Source of the DNA: an uncultured delta proteobacterium | GTDB taxonomy: Bacteria > Myxococcota_A > Polyangia > Polyangiales > Polyangiaceae | Direction: 5' to 3' | Assembly (NCBI GenBank): GCA_963716725.1 | Contig: CAVQUB010000003.1 | Location: forward strand, 32,001 to 96,000 | Length of the DNA: 64,000 nucleotides | Shown here: positions 18,017-32,956 of the stretch, piece after piece | Layout: every line of letters starts with the position of its first letter | How positions within the stretch are numbered: position 1 is the stretch's first letter | Translations under genes and position numbers: made by a program | Notes under the pieces: model-generated | What the model was told of the DNA's origin: nothing | Seen by the model: the letters and a program-made list of their open reading frames with translations, nothing else | The model's database searches: none

Positions 18017-18798
18017 TGGCGCGACCGTTCCACCACGCGCTCGAGCGCGTCTGGAACATCCGTGGCGAGGGGCAAGAGCGCGCAGGTGAGGCCGATGGCC
18101 AGGGTCGCCCACAGCAGCCCGACCCGCCGCGAACGAGGACGATCGTCCGAGCCGTCGATCATCATGGGCAGATCGGGGGCGGGCCGAGCGGCCACCAGCA
18201 GGCCCGGCGCCGCCTTCACCAGGTGTCGAAGCGCCAGCGCCGTGAGCACCCCCTCGATCAGCCCCGCCAGCATCTGAAGCCCCACCAGCCAGCCAAACGC
18301 GAGCACGACCGGCACGCCGGCCCCCGCGACCAAGGTGAGCGCCAGGCTGGACGCGCCGAGCGCGTTACCGATCACGGTGCCCAGCACCGCCGTCAGCGCG
18401 AGCCGCTTCGGTCCGAGCAGACGGTGCACCACGTGCACCGCCAGCACCGGGATAACGGCGATGTTGAGCACGTTGATGCCGAGGGCGCTCACGCCGCCGT
18501 CGGCGAACATCAGCGCTTGCACGATCAGCACCGCCACCAGCGCCAGCACCGCCCGCGCAGGACCCACCGCCAGCGTGAGCAAGCTCGCGCCGATCACGTG
18601 GGCGCTCGCGCCCGGCACCAGCGGCACGTTGAGCGCTTGCGCGGCCAAGACGAAGGCCGCCAGCGTTCCGGTGAAGGCCACGCCCCGGGACCCCTCGGCG
18701 CCGACGCGGCGGGTGACCAACACGGCGGCAGCCGCGCCGACGATGTTGGCGCCGATGAGCCAGGCTGGGTTTTCGACGATGCCGTCCGCGAGGTGCAC
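18013..18798 (-). CDS. cbiM: ECF Co/Ni S component CbiM/NikM with fused PDGLE-like tail
   Basis: GTG start gives MHLADG; GASAHVIG; FADGGVSALG; C-terminal PDALE. Confidence 0.88.
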   Translation of the reverse strand: MHLADGIVENPAWLIGANIVGAAAAVLVTRRVGAEGSRGVAFTGTLAAFVLAAQALNVPLVPGASAHVIGASLLTLAVGPARAVLALVAVLIVQALMFADGGVSALGINVLNIAVIPVLAVHVVHRLLGPKRLALTAVLGTVIGNALGASSLALTLVAGAGVPVVLAFGWLVGLQMLAGLIEGVLTALALRHLVKAAPGLLVAARPAPDLPMMIDGSDDRPRSRRVGLLWATLAIGLTCALLPLATDVPDALERVVERSRQ

Positions 18799-18958
18799 GC
18801 CCAATACCTAGAGCCGGCCCCGGGGTCGTGCCACCTTTTTCGACGGGCGTGCCACGGCGCCGTGATACGGCCCGCGAAGTCCCCGCCAACGAGCAAGTTG
18901 GCACGACCTCGACTTGGACGTACCCGCGAAGCTCGCGGGCAAGGTATAGGGGACACGG

Positions 18959-19903
18959 ATGCGCCGGAGGCCTCTCGGGAAGACCGGGCTGAGCGTGACC
19001 GAGCTTGCGCTTGGCACCTGGGGCCTGTGCGGTGACGGCTACGGGCCCGTCGCCGAGAGCGAGCAAGACAAGGTCATCGATCGCGCGCGCGCCCTCGGCA
19101 TCGCGCTCTTCGAGACGGCTGACAGCTACGCCGCCGGCGACATGGAGCGCCGGCTCGGCGAGCGCCTGAAAGCTGACGACGCCGCGCGCATCGTCACCAA
19201 GATCGGCACCGATCTCGACGCGCCGGTGCCGCGCAAGCGCTTCGATGCGAAGTATCTCGAAGCCGCCTTCGATGGCTCCCGCAAACGGCTTGGACGCGAC
19301 GTGCTCGACGTGGCGCTGCTGCACAACCCGTCCGAAGACGCGATCAAAGCCGGTGCGGCGGCGGACTTCATGGCCGGGCTCGTCGACGCGGGCAAGCTGC
19401 GCGCCTGGGGGGTCAGCGCCGGCAGCGTCGAGGTCGCGCGGGCGGCCATCGCCAAGGGCGCCCAGGTCTTGTCACTCGCGCTCAACGTGTTGGCGTCGAG
19501 CGACGTCGCCGCCCTCGCCACTGATATCGATCAGAAGGAGATCGGCGTGCTCGCCCACTCGGTCCTGGCCTATGGGCTCCTGTGCGGGCACTGGAGCGCG
19601 GACAAGGTCTTCGCCGACAACGATCATCGCGCCGAGCGTTGGACCAGCGACGAACTGCGGCGACGCCTGCGCCAACTCGACGCGCTGCGGCCCACGGTGG
19701 GCGGGCCGGTCCTGACGCTGCGCTCCGCGGCCTTGCGCTACGTCTTGCACAACCGCTCGGTGAGTTCGGCGGTGCTCGGGCCCCGGAGTTCACTACAGCT
19801 CGATCAGTTGGTGCGGGAGGCCGGCAAGGGACCGCCCTATCTGGAAGACTGGGCGCTGATCGCGCTCAGAAACCGCCTGCACGACGTCGGAGTCGACGCA
19901 TGA
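18959..19903 (+). CDS. aldo/keto reductase
   Basis: LGKTGLSV, LGTWG, FETADSY, TKIG, LLHNP motifs. Confidence 0.9.
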   Translation: MRRRPLGKTGLSVTELALGTWGLCGDGYGPVAESEQDKVIDRARALGIALFETADSYAAGDMERRLGERLKADDAARIVTKIGTDLDAPVPRKRFDAKYLEAAFDGSRKRLGRDVLDVALLHNPSEDAIKAGAAADFMAGLVDAGKLRAWGVSAGSVEVARAAIAKGAQVLSLALNVLASSDVAALATDIDQKEIGVLAHSVLAYGLLCGHWSADKVFADNDHRAERWTSDELRRRLRQLDALRPTVGGPVLTLRSAALRYVLHNRSVSSAVLGPRSSLQLDQLVREAGKGPPYLEDWALIALRNRLHDVGVDA

Positions 19904-20730
19904 GCGACGGCCTCGACCTGCTCGCGGGCATTGCGCGCGAGGCCGCCCAGATCATCAACGCGGTCTACGCGACGCCCTTCGAGGTCGAATACAAAACAGC
20001 GCACGACCCCGTGACGCTGGCCGATCGCCGCGCCAACGACCTGATCTGCCAGCGCCTCGCCGAGGAGTTTCCCGGCGTGCCGGTGGTCGCGGAAGAGAGC
20101 CCGCCCGAGTCCTTCGCGGACTACCGCGGGGCGGAGCGCGTCTTCTTCGTCGACCCGCTGGACGGCACCCGCGAGTTCGTCAAGAAGAACGGCGAGTTCG
20201 TGGTGATGATCGGCCTGCTCGAGGCTGGCAGGCCGATCTCGGGTGTGATTCTGGCGCCGGCAACCGGCGTGCTGTGGGCGGGCCGCGTGGCGTCGAAGGC
20301 CGAGCTCGTGCGGCCCGACGGAACGCGAGCCGCTCTCGGTGTGAGTTCGACGTCGTCCCTGGCGGAGGCGCGGGTCGTCTGCACGCGTTCACACAAGAGC
20401 CCGGCCCTCGAGAGAGCGCTCGACGCCCTCGGCGTGCGTCAGCTCGACGCGCTGGGCAGCGCGGGGCTCAAGTGCGCGGAGGTCGCGGCAGGAAGGGCCG
20501 ATGCCTACGTCGCACCGGCACGCGCGGGTTGCCGCTGGGACGTGTGCGCGGGCGAGGCCATCATTGTCGCCGCCGGCGGCGCGCTCACGGACGCTTACGG
20601 CGAGCCCATCGACTACTCGAGCGAGAGCCTGGTCAATGAGCGGGGCATCGTGGCCAGCAACGGTCGCCTGCACGACGCCATCCTCGCGCGGCTCGCCGAG
20701 GCCCGAGAACGCGAACGGGCCCGGGGCTGA
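19900..20730 (+). CDS. cysQ: 3'(2'),5'-bisphosphate nucleotidase / inositol monophosphatase family
   Basis: DPVTLAD, VAEE, VDPLDGTREF, GSAGLK, WDVCAG. Confidence 0.85.
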   Translation: MSDGLDLLAGIAREAAQIINAVYATPFEVEYKTAHDPVTLADRRANDLICQRLAEEFPGVPVVAEESPPESFADYRGAERVFFVDPLDGTREFVKKNGEFVVMIGLLEAGRPISGVILAPATGVLWAGRVASKAELVRPDGTRAALGVSSTSSLAEARVVCTRSHKSPALERALDALGVRQLDALGSAGLKCAEVAAGRADAYVAPARAGCRWDVCAGEAIIVAAGGALTDAYGEPIDYSSESLVNERGIVASNGRLHDAILARLAEARERERARG

Positions 20731-20732
20731 TC

Positions 20733-21881
20733 ATGCGCAGCGAAGCCGACGTGGTGATCGTGGGCGGGGGCATCATGGGGCTCGCCATCGCCTACAATCT
20801 GGCGAAAAACCACGGCCAGCGCGAGGTGGTGGTGCTCGACCAGTCCTATTTGTGCAGCGGCGCCAGCGGTCGCAACGGCGGCGGCGTGCGCGCCCAGTGG
20901 TCGAGTGAGGCCAACGTGCGCTTGATGCGCGAATCGCTGATGATCTGCCGCGACTTCGCCCGGGAGCACCGCATCAACACCTGGTTCCGGCAGGGCGGTT
21001 ACCTGTTCTTGGCGCGCAGCGACGCAAAGGCCGCGGCCCTCGCCAAAAACGCGAAGCTTCAAAACGAGTGCGGGCTTCCGACCCGGATGCTCGAGCCGCG
21101 GGAGGCAGCACGCATCGTGCCTGAGCTCTCGACCGACGGACTGGTGGCGGCTTGCTACAACCCCGACGACGCCGTGGTGTTCCCTTGGCCCTTCGTGTGG
21201 GGCTACGCCGAAGGCGCTCGCGCCCACGGCGTCGAGGTCGAGACCTTCACCCGCGTCACCGCCATCGAGACCACGGGGCGACGCGTGAGCGCGGTGGTGA
21301 CCGACAAGGGCTCAATCAAGACCAGCACGGTGGTCAACGCGGCCGGCGCCCTGAGCCCCGAGGTGGCGCAACTCGTCGGCATCGCCTTGCCCAACCGACC
21401 TCACCGACACGAGATCTGCTCGAGCGAGCCGCTCAAGCCCTGGCTCGAGCCGTTGGTGGCCGATCTGAGCAATGGGCTCTACTTCTCCCAATCCACCCGC
21501 GGCGAGATCGTCGGCGGCGTCACCAACGCCAAGGTCCCTGAGGGCTCCGACCAAGGGTCGTCGTATCGATTCCTCTCGCTCTACTCCCGCGCGTTGCTCC
21601 GAGCCTGCCCCATCTTGGGGTCCGTGAAGGTCCTGCGGCAGTGGGCTGGCCTCTACGACATCACGCCCGACTCCAGTCCGATCGTCGGCGCCGTGGACGA
21701 GCTCGACGGCTTCTTTCTAGCCTGCGGCTTCATGGGCCACGGCTTCATGATGGCGCCGGTGATCGGCAGGATGATGGCGGCAGTGATCGCCGGCGGCGCG
21801 GTCCCCGAGGTGTTCGACACCTGGAACCTGCGGCGCTTCGAGGGCGGCGCCCTGCTGAGCGAAGGCATGATCATCGGCTGA
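20733..21881 (+). CDS. FAD-dependent oxidoreductase (sarcosine oxidase beta / DAO family)
   Basis: GGGIMG, GASGRNGG, WAGLYDITPD, GFMGHGFM. Confidence 0.88.
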   Translation: MRSEADVVIVGGGIMGLAIAYNLAKNHGQREVVVLDQSYLCSGASGRNGGGVRAQWSSEANVRLMRESLMICRDFAREHRINTWFRQGGYLFLARSDAKAAALAKNAKLQNECGLPTRMLEPREAARIVPELSTDGLVAACYNPDDAVVFPWPFVWGYAEGARAHGVEVETFTRVTAIETTGRRVSAVVTDKGSIKTSTVVNAAGALSPEVAQLVGIALPNRPHRHEICSSEPLKPWLEPLVADLSNGLYFSQSTRGEIVGGVTNAKVPEGSDQGSSYRFLSLYSRALLRACPILGSVKVLRQWAGLYDITPDSSPIVGAVDELDGFFLACGFMGHGFMMAPVIGRMMAAVIAGGAVPEVFDTWNLRRFEGGALLSEGMIIG

Positions 21882-22041
21882 CCATCGACGCGCCGCGTTA
21901 TAGACGCCCCTTCGTTGACAGCGGCTTTGCGGCCGACGTACGGTCCCGCGGGGTTTCGGACCACCGGATTCATGGGGCTTTCGCGCCCTTCGCGGCGCCC
22001 GGACCCTACCGAACCAGACCAGACTCCGGAGGCAACACGAG

Positions 22042-23826
22042 ATGTTCCGTTCCTCGCGCGCGCGTGCGTCGCTCATCCGATCCCTGCTCCTTGGCACCGC
22101 CACGACCGCCTTCGCGGTCAGCGCGTCCAGCGTCCTCCTGGTCGGCTGCAAAGACGAAAGTCAGCCCGACTACTGGGTCGAGAAGCTGAACGAGGCCTCC
22201 TGGCGCTCGCGGTCGGTGACGCGACTGAGCCAGTTCTTCGAAGACGCGAGCAGCAAGGCCAAGGGCGACAACAACGACCCTAAGGTCCAAGAGCTGCTCA
22301 ACAAAATCGTCGACCCACTCACCAAGACCTATGTCGACAAGTACGCCGAGCTAGACACCAAGACGCGGGTCGCTCTGATCAAGCTCTTGGCAGCGTTCCG
22401 CGACAAACGCACGGAACCCGCGCTGAAGAAGGCCTTTGAGGAGTTCGCGAAGAAACCAGCCACCGGCAAGGACGACGCCGACATCAAGTGGGCAGTGCGC
22501 GCCGCCGCTGACCTGAAGCTCGACTCCCTGGCCGACCCGCTGGTGCAGGCCTTCTTGAAGCTGCGCGCCAGCACCATGCTGGGCGGCGTCACCTACAAGG
22601 ACTTCAACGACGCCATGGTCGCCATCAAGGCGAAGTCTTGGACCGGCCCGCTGATCTCCGCCCTCGACGCGCCCATCGAGCGCCCAGCGAACGACAAGGA
22701 GCGCGACAAGATCGACCCCTACAAGGACCAGCTCTTCTGGCAGACCACCGCCGCGCAGGTGCTCGGCGAGATCGCCGCGCCCGAAGCCGTCGAGCCGATG
22801 ATGAAGATCATGCTCGATCCCGCCAAGGCCGACGCCCAGGCCACCGCGGTCCTCGCCATGGTCAAGATCGGCAAGCCGGCGGCCGAGGCCGCGATCAAGC
22901 TCCTGAAGAGCGAAGACGAGAAGATGATCGCCTTCCACTACCGCCGCTTGAAGGAGCTCAAGCAGATCAAGGACGAAGACGAGAAGAAGCTGAAGGAGAA
23001 GCCCCAGGATGCGCCGCACGTTCAGACGGCCGCCATCATCGTGGGCACCATCGGGCGCGGCGAAGGCGTCGCTCCGATGCTCGAAGCGCTGAAGAAGGCC
23101 GAGAAGGACGTGACCCGCGCGCTGATCGCCCGGGAGCTGGTGAAGCTGCCGCGATCGGCGGAGTCACTGACGGCATTCAAGGAGGCTTTCGAGAAGATCT
23201 CCATCGAGGCCAACATCCCCCCGGGAATGAACGCGCTGCAGATGCTCGCCGAAGCTGCGGGTCAGTTCTACAACGCTGAGCTCATCGACTGGTTGCTCGA
23301 GCGCGCCGACAAGACCAAGGGCAGCGGCGACGACCTGAAGGCGCTCCAGGGCGCCATCGTGGTCACGACCATCAAGCTCGCCAAGACCGACCAGCTCGAC
23401 AAGGTCAAAGCCGCCGTGGACAAGTACGGAACCAAGCTCGAGAAAGACCTGTACGCGCAGGCCGAGAAGCTCGTGAAGCAGTGCACCGACAAGGCCGATT
23501 GTTACCTGGTCGAGATGGAGAAGAGCACGAACCAAGAGCAGGCCACGCAGTTCATCGGCATCAAGGCGGGCTACATGGGCGCCATCCTCGGCGGCGAGGC
23601 CCAGCGCGACGAACTGGTGAAGCGCATCGACTCCTTCGAGAATGCGGCGGTCCGTTTCGTGGCGGCTCAGACCATTGATCACCTCTCGCCCAAGGGCTCG
23701 AAGGAAGCAGCCGCGGCCTTGCGCAAGGTCGTCGACAAGAACGCGGAGGGCGGCGACAAGAACAAGATGTCGGGCGACGCCCCCATCAAACAGGTGATGT
23801 ACCGCATCGAGGCGCGCGCGGACTGA
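22042..23826 (+). CDS. HEAT-repeat lipoprotein
   Basis: Lipobox LVGC; alpha-solenoid repeats (AAQVLGEI, AVLAMVKIG); RBS GGAGG; TTGACA at 21915. Confidence 0.75.
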   Translation: MFRSSRARASLIRSLLLGTATTAFAVSASSVLLVGCKDESQPDYWVEKLNEASWRSRSVTRLSQFFEDASSKAKGDNNDPKVQELLNKIVDPLTKTYVDKYAELDTKTRVALIKLLAAFRDKRTEPALKKAFEEFAKKPATGKDDADIKWAVRAAADLKLDSLADPLVQAFLKLRASTMLGGVTYKDFNDAMVAIKAKSWTGPLISALDAPIERPANDKERDKIDPYKDQLFWQTTAAQVLGEIAAPEAVEPMMKIMLDPAKADAQATAVLAMVKIGKPAAEAAIKLLKSEDEKMIAFHYRRLKELKQIKDEDEKKLKEKPQDAPHVQTAAIIVGTIGRGEGVAPMLEALKKAEKDVTRALIARELVKLPRSAESLTAFKEAFEKISIEANIPPGMNALQMLAEAAGQFYNAELIDWLLERADKTKGSGDDLKALQGAIVVTTIKLAKTDQLDKVKAAVDKYGTKLEKDLYAQAEKLVKQCTDKADCYLVEMEKSTNQEQATQFIGIKAGYMGAILGGEAQRDELVKRIDSFENAAVRFVAAQTIDHLSPKGSKEAAAALRKVVDKNAEGGDKNKMSGDAPIKQVMYRIEARAD

Positions 23827-23858
23827 CCGCGCCGCCGGCCAGCTTGGAACCACCGTAG

Positions 23859-25814
23859 ATGGCCAGCGTACGGCTCGAGGTACTGAACGGCGGCTCTCGG
23901 GGCCGCGTCCTCGAGCCGGACGGTGACGTGATCCGAATCGGTCGGGCCGCGTCCAACGAGCTCGAGCTCGCCGAGACCCACGTCTCGTCCGAGCACGCGC
24001 GGCTGGTGGTCGGCGCCGAACGCGTGACCCTCGAAGACCTCCGCAGCACCAACGGCACCGCGGTCGTGCGAGGGAGCCAGCGGATCGTGCTGGGAGAGTC
24101 GACCAGCTTGCGCACCGTGCTCGAGTCCGGCGACGTGCTCGAGCTGGGCGGCAGCGCGGACGACGGCACCACGGTGCGGGTGGAGCTGGGCGCCGAGCGA
24201 GAGCCGGCTCACGTGGTCAGCGTGCGCCCGATCGCGGACCTGCCCGGCGCGACGGCCTCCGCAGAGCGAAACACCGGCGTGCTCCGGACGCTGTACCGCG
24301 TCGAGAAGAGCATTGGAGCCGCCGGCACCTTGGACGCAGTGCTGATCGCGGTGGCGGACGCCGCCCTGGAGTTGGTGCCGACGGCGACCCACGCGACGCT
24401 GGTTCTGCGCGACGACATCGATGCCGAGGCCGATCGAGACGAGGCCGGGTACGTGCCAGTGCTCACGCGCGTGCGCGGCGCTTCGGGCAGCGGCGAAGCG
24501 CCCGGCGTAGCGGTCGCGGTGACGCGCAGCGTTTTCCGCAAGGTCGTGCGTGAGCGCGCGGCGGTACTGGCCGCGGACGCCCCGAGCGAAGCGTTCAGCT
24601 CCGAGTCTCTGCTGGGGGCCAGCATTCGCAGCACGATCGGGGTTCCGCTCTGGAAGGGCGACGAGATCCTCGGCGTGCTTCAGGTGGACAACCGCGCCTC
24701 GCCCAGCATGTTCGACTCATCGGACCTCGACGCGCTGGGGGTTCTCGCCGCCAGCTCGTCGTTGGCCGTCGCCAACGCACGGCTGGTGCGACGGCTCATG
24801 GCGGCCGAGCAACAACTGGAAAAAGAGAACACCTATCTCAAGGGGCGTGAGCGAGCCAAGGCCGGCGGAGGGACCGAGATCATCGGGCAGAGCCGCGCCA
24901 TTCGCGACCTGCTCCAACAACTCGACAAGGTGGTCGATACGCGAGTGAGCGTGCTGATCGAGGGCGAGACGGGCACTGGCAAGGAGCTCATCGCGTCCGC
25001 CGTGCACTACCGCTCGCGGCGCCGAAGCAAGCTCTTCGTGGCGCAGAACTGCGCCGCGCTCCCCGAGAACCTGCTCGAGAGCGAGCTCTTCGGCCACAAG
25101 CGTGGCTCCTTCACCGGCGCCACCGAAGAGAAGCGCGGGCTCTTCGACGTCGCCGACGGCGGCACCTTGTTCTTGGACGAGGTCACCGAGATGCCGCTGC
25201 CGCTCCAGGCGAAGCTGCTCCGGGTGTTGCAAGAAGGCGAGATCCGTCCCGTGGGCGCCACCCACACCAAATTCGTCGATGTGCGCATCGTGGCGGCGTG
25301 CAACCGCAACCTCGAGAAAGAGGTCGAAGCGGGCCGCTTCCGTCAGGACCTGTACTACCGACTCAACGTCTTCCCGATCCGTGTGCCGCCGCTGCGCGAG
25401 CGACGCGACGACGTCCCGCTCCTGGCCGGGCACTTCCTGCAGAAGTATTCGCGCGAAGTGGGGCGCCCCGTGGCGGGCTTCGCGCAGGGCACAATGGAAC
25501 TCCTGATGTCCTATGACTGGCCGGGCAACGTGCGCGAGCTCGAGAACGAAGTGCAGCGCCTGGTGATTCAGGTCGAGCCCAATGCCTTCATCACGCCGGA
25601 TTTCTTGAGCCCACGCGTGCGGCAGATGGAAGGCTTGGTCGCCCAGGCCGGCAAGGTGAAGGGCTCGCTCAAGGAGATGGTCGAGCAGGTGGAGAAGTAC
25701 TTCATCCTCGAGACCCTGCGCGAGCACGGCAACAACAAGACCAGCTCCGCCAAGACTCTGGGCATCACCCGCGAAGGGCTGCACAAAAAGCTCAAGCAGC
25801 TCGGCATCGGCTAA
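23859..25814 (+). CDS. sigma54-dependent activator, FHA-GAF-AAA+-HTH
   Basis: IGR..VSSEHA..DLRSTNGT (FHA); GAF; GETGTGKE, GSFTGA, LFLDEV, WPGNVRELEN; Fis-type HTH. Confidence 0.92.
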   Translation: MASVRLEVLNGGSRGRVLEPDGDVIRIGRAASNELELAETHVSSEHARLVVGAERVTLEDLRSTNGTAVVRGSQRIVLGESTSLRTVLESGDVLELGGSADDGTTVRVELGAEREPAHVVSVRPIADLPGATASAERNTGVLRTLYRVEKSIGAAGTLDAVLIAVADAALELVPTATHATLVLRDDIDAEADRDEAGYVPVLTRVRGASGSGEAPGVAVAVTRSVFRKVVRERAAVLAADAPSEAFSSESLLGASIRSTIGVPLWKGDEILGVLQVDNRASPSMFDSSDLDALGVLAASSSLAVANARLVRRLMAAEQQLEKENTYLKGRERAKAGGGTEIIGQSRAIRDLLQQLDKVVDTRVSVLIEGETGTGKELIASAVHYRSRRRSKLFVAQNCAALPENLLESELFGHKRGSFTGATEEKRGLFDVADGGTLFLDEVTEMPLPLQAKLLRVLQEGEIRPVGATHTKFVDVRIVAACNRNLEKEVEAGRFRQDLYYRLNVFPIRVPPLRERRDDVPLLAGHFLQKYSREVGRPVAGFAQGTMELLMSYDWPGNVRELENEVQRLVIQVEPNAFITPDFLSPRVRQMEGLVAQAGKVKGSLKEMVEQVEKYFILETLREHGNNKTSSAKTLGITREGLHKKLKQLGIG

Positions 25815-25820
25815 CCTGCC

Positions 25821-26411
25821 ATGACCAGTCGCAGGCAGCTCGTGCTCGGACTGTCTTGCGTCGCCATCGGCGCTTGCGTGCCGGTGCGCACGGTCGACGT
25901 GCCGCCGAACCTGCCGCGACTCGGCGCCCAGAAACCCGAGCTCGTCGTGCAAGAAATCGGCGACTACCAGTGCCCCTTCTGCGCGGCGGTGCAGCCTGCC
26001 CTGAAACGCGCGATGCAAGCCTATCGCGATCGCGTCGCGCTGGTCTGGCGCGACTACCCCCTGAGTCGCCACGAGCATGCGCTCGCCGCCGCGGAGGCCG
26101 CGCGCGAGGTGCGGGCGCAGCTTGGCGACGACGCCTTCTGGCAGTACCACGATCTCCTGTTCCGGAATCAGCACGCGCTGACCCTGGCCGATCTCGAGCG
26201 CTACGCCGGAGCCTTTGCCGTCGACCGCGCGCGCTTCCGACGCGCCCTCGAGCTCGGCGTCCATCGCGACGGCGTCATGGCCGACAAGCGCGAGATCGAT
26301 GCGCTGAAGCTGCCGTCCTTTGGCACGCCCGCGTTCATCATCGGCGCCGACGTCTTCGTGGGCAGCTACACCCACGAAGAACTCGCCGGCCTGATCGATG
26401 CGGCCCTGTGA
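25821..26411 (+). CDS. DsbA/thioredoxin-domain lipoprotein
   Basis: DYQCPFC and GTPAF. Confidence 0.85.
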   Translation: MTSRRQLVLGLSCVAIGACVPVRTVDVPPNLPRLGAQKPELVVQEIGDYQCPFCAAVQPALKRAMQAYRDRVALVWRDYPLSRHEHALAAAEAAREVRAQLGDDAFWQYHDLLFRNQHALTLADLERYAGAFAVDRARFRRALELGVHRDGVMADKREIDALKLPSFGTPAFIIGADVFVGSYTHEELAGLIDAAL

Positions 26412-26423
26412 TCGTCACGCTCC

Positions 26424-27966
26424 CTACGCCTCTGGCATCTGGCTCGCGAGCTTCGCCGAGAGATAGTGAGAGACCGTGAGGATCGGCGTCATGGTGTGGC
26501 TCGACGCGCTCGACGGGAACCCCGACGAATCGAACACATAGACGCCACGCGTGCCGTACACGCGGCCGTCGGGGTCGGCGCCGCCTTGCCTGGCCGACGA
26601 CGCGAAGCGCACGGTGCCCTGTTGGTGCGCAGAGAGCAGGGGCGCGGTCGCGGGATCGAAGCGGATCGCGTCGATGCGCTGGAGATCCGCGGGCGAATCG
26701 AGGACGACCGGTGGCATCGTGGGCACAAACACGCGCCGCGCACCCGCTGCGAAGTAGATCCGCGCCGCAGCTTTGGCGCCCTCGCGCAGCCGCGCCTTGT
26801 GGTTCTCGGCCTGCCGATAGCTGATGATCGGGTGGCCGGCGCTCGGTCCCGCCCGCACGTTCCCCGAGGGCTCGTCCGGCACCAGCACCAAGAGCGCCGC
26901 GATGCGATCGTAGGCTGCCATCATCTCTTTGCCGGCGACACCGGCCAGCGGCAAGATCGACGCGACGTTGCCAGGCGTCCCCATCACTGCTTCGAGACGG
27001 AAGCCCCAGAGCCCGTGATCGGTGTCGTCCTCGCGTTCGAACTCAGTCACGGCGAAGGCCTGGGGGATGCCCTCGAAAGCCCGGATCTTCTCGTCGAAGA
27101 GCGCCGTGACGGGCAGCTGCGGCTGAAGCATCAGGTGCCTTCCGACGTGGCTGGTGCCGATGCCCGATCGGATCAAGAGCTCGGCGCTGCCCACGGCGTT
27201 GGCCGCGACAATCACCACCCGCGCGCGAACCTCCATGGTCGAGGTTGCCCGGAGCCCCTGCTCGTCGAGCACGGCCACGGTCACGCTCTTGAATTCCTCG
27301 CGCGCTCGGTCGATGCGGATCGCACGCGTTCGGAGCAGGAAGCGCGCTCCCTTGGCCACCGCCAGGGGGATGGAACACGAAGCGGGGGTTTCGCTTGGCG
27401 TTGATCGGACAGCCCAGCATGCAGGTGCCGAGACCGGCGCAGCCCACTCGATTGTGGTGCATGATCTCGCCGCGCATTCCCAGCGCCCCGGCGCCCTGCT
27501 GCATGAGACGGTTGGCGCGGTTGATCTGAGCTTCGCTGATGAGGTTCGCCGAGAGATCCTCCAAGGCCTTGGCCCTGTAGGGGGCCAGCGCTTCCGCGGA
27601 GAAATCCGTCAAACCGTGCTTCTTTTGCCAGTGGCGCAGCACACCATCCGGGATGGGCACGACGTCCGACACGTTCACCACGCCGCCTCCGCCCAGCACT
27701 CGCCCCTGCAATACCGACACCGACAAGTCCTCGGTGACGCGACCACCGCGATCCATGTAGAGCTGGCCGTACATCGCCGCTTCGCGCTGCGTGAGCGCCG
27801 TGCCGGTGAAGTCACCGCCTTCCTCCAGCACGACGACCTCGTGCCCCGCTTCTGCGAGCACCCGCGCGGCAGTGGCGCCCCCAGGCCCCGATCCGACCAC
27901 CAACACGTCGGTGGAGAGCCGGCGCGGGCTGGGTTCTCTGGACAGGTCGACGATGGCTCCGGTCAT
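26424..27966 (-). pseudogene. GMC-family oxidoreductase with a single +1 frameshift at about 27372 (real or sequencing error)
   Basis: GSGPGG, GRVLGGGGVVN, CMLGC in one frame, continuing IPLAVAKGARF...SAHQQGT in another. Confidence 0.8.
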
Positions 27967-28495
27967 CGACCAAGCCTCGCCAGCGACGGTCCGGGATAGC
28001 CGATGTGCGGCCAAACCTCCGGAGAGTCGTAGAACACCAGCGCCATGAACTTGCGAAATGCGATGGCGACCTGACGTCGAAGCAGGGTCTCGCTCGACGA
28101 CCACGCTTCGTAGTGACGCAGGCGCTCTCGGTCGGAGAGCCTAGAAAATGTCGTCCAGCGTCGATCGAAGAGCAGCGGACCGAGCTCGAACAGCAGCAGG
28201 GCGCGCCGCAAGTTGCCGACGTTCGCCGGCGGCTCGCCAGCGAGAAAGCCGTCGAATGCCCGGGCAAGGTCGAGACCTTCGGCGCCGAACTCGAAGGGGC
28301 CGCCGCTCGGAAGCAGCGTGGTCGCCAGCGCCGCGAGCGTGCGGTACTCGCGGCCGCCGAGCAGCGAGAGGCCAGCGACGGGCGGGGCCCCCGCCAGCAG
28401 CGACGCAACTCCGCCGCCAAAGGCGAGCGCGGGCACGCCGACGGCTCCCAGCGCCAGCACACGCCGGCGCGTCAAGAAGCCAAACCCCCCGTCGC

Positions 28496-28499
<4 letters not shown>
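27963..28499 (-). CDS. gluconate 2-dehydrogenase subunit-3-like Tat-signal partner of the GMC enzyme
   Basis: LTRRRVL signal; FSRLS..ER; FYDSPEVWPHIGYPGP. Confidence 0.75.
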
Positions 28500-32950
<4,451 letters not shown>

Positions 32951-32956
32951 GCCGTC

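Noticed and set aside
18799..18958. Cobalamin riboswitch upstream of cbiM
   Set aside because: No recognisable B12-box elements, and the space is short and shared with a divergent promoter.
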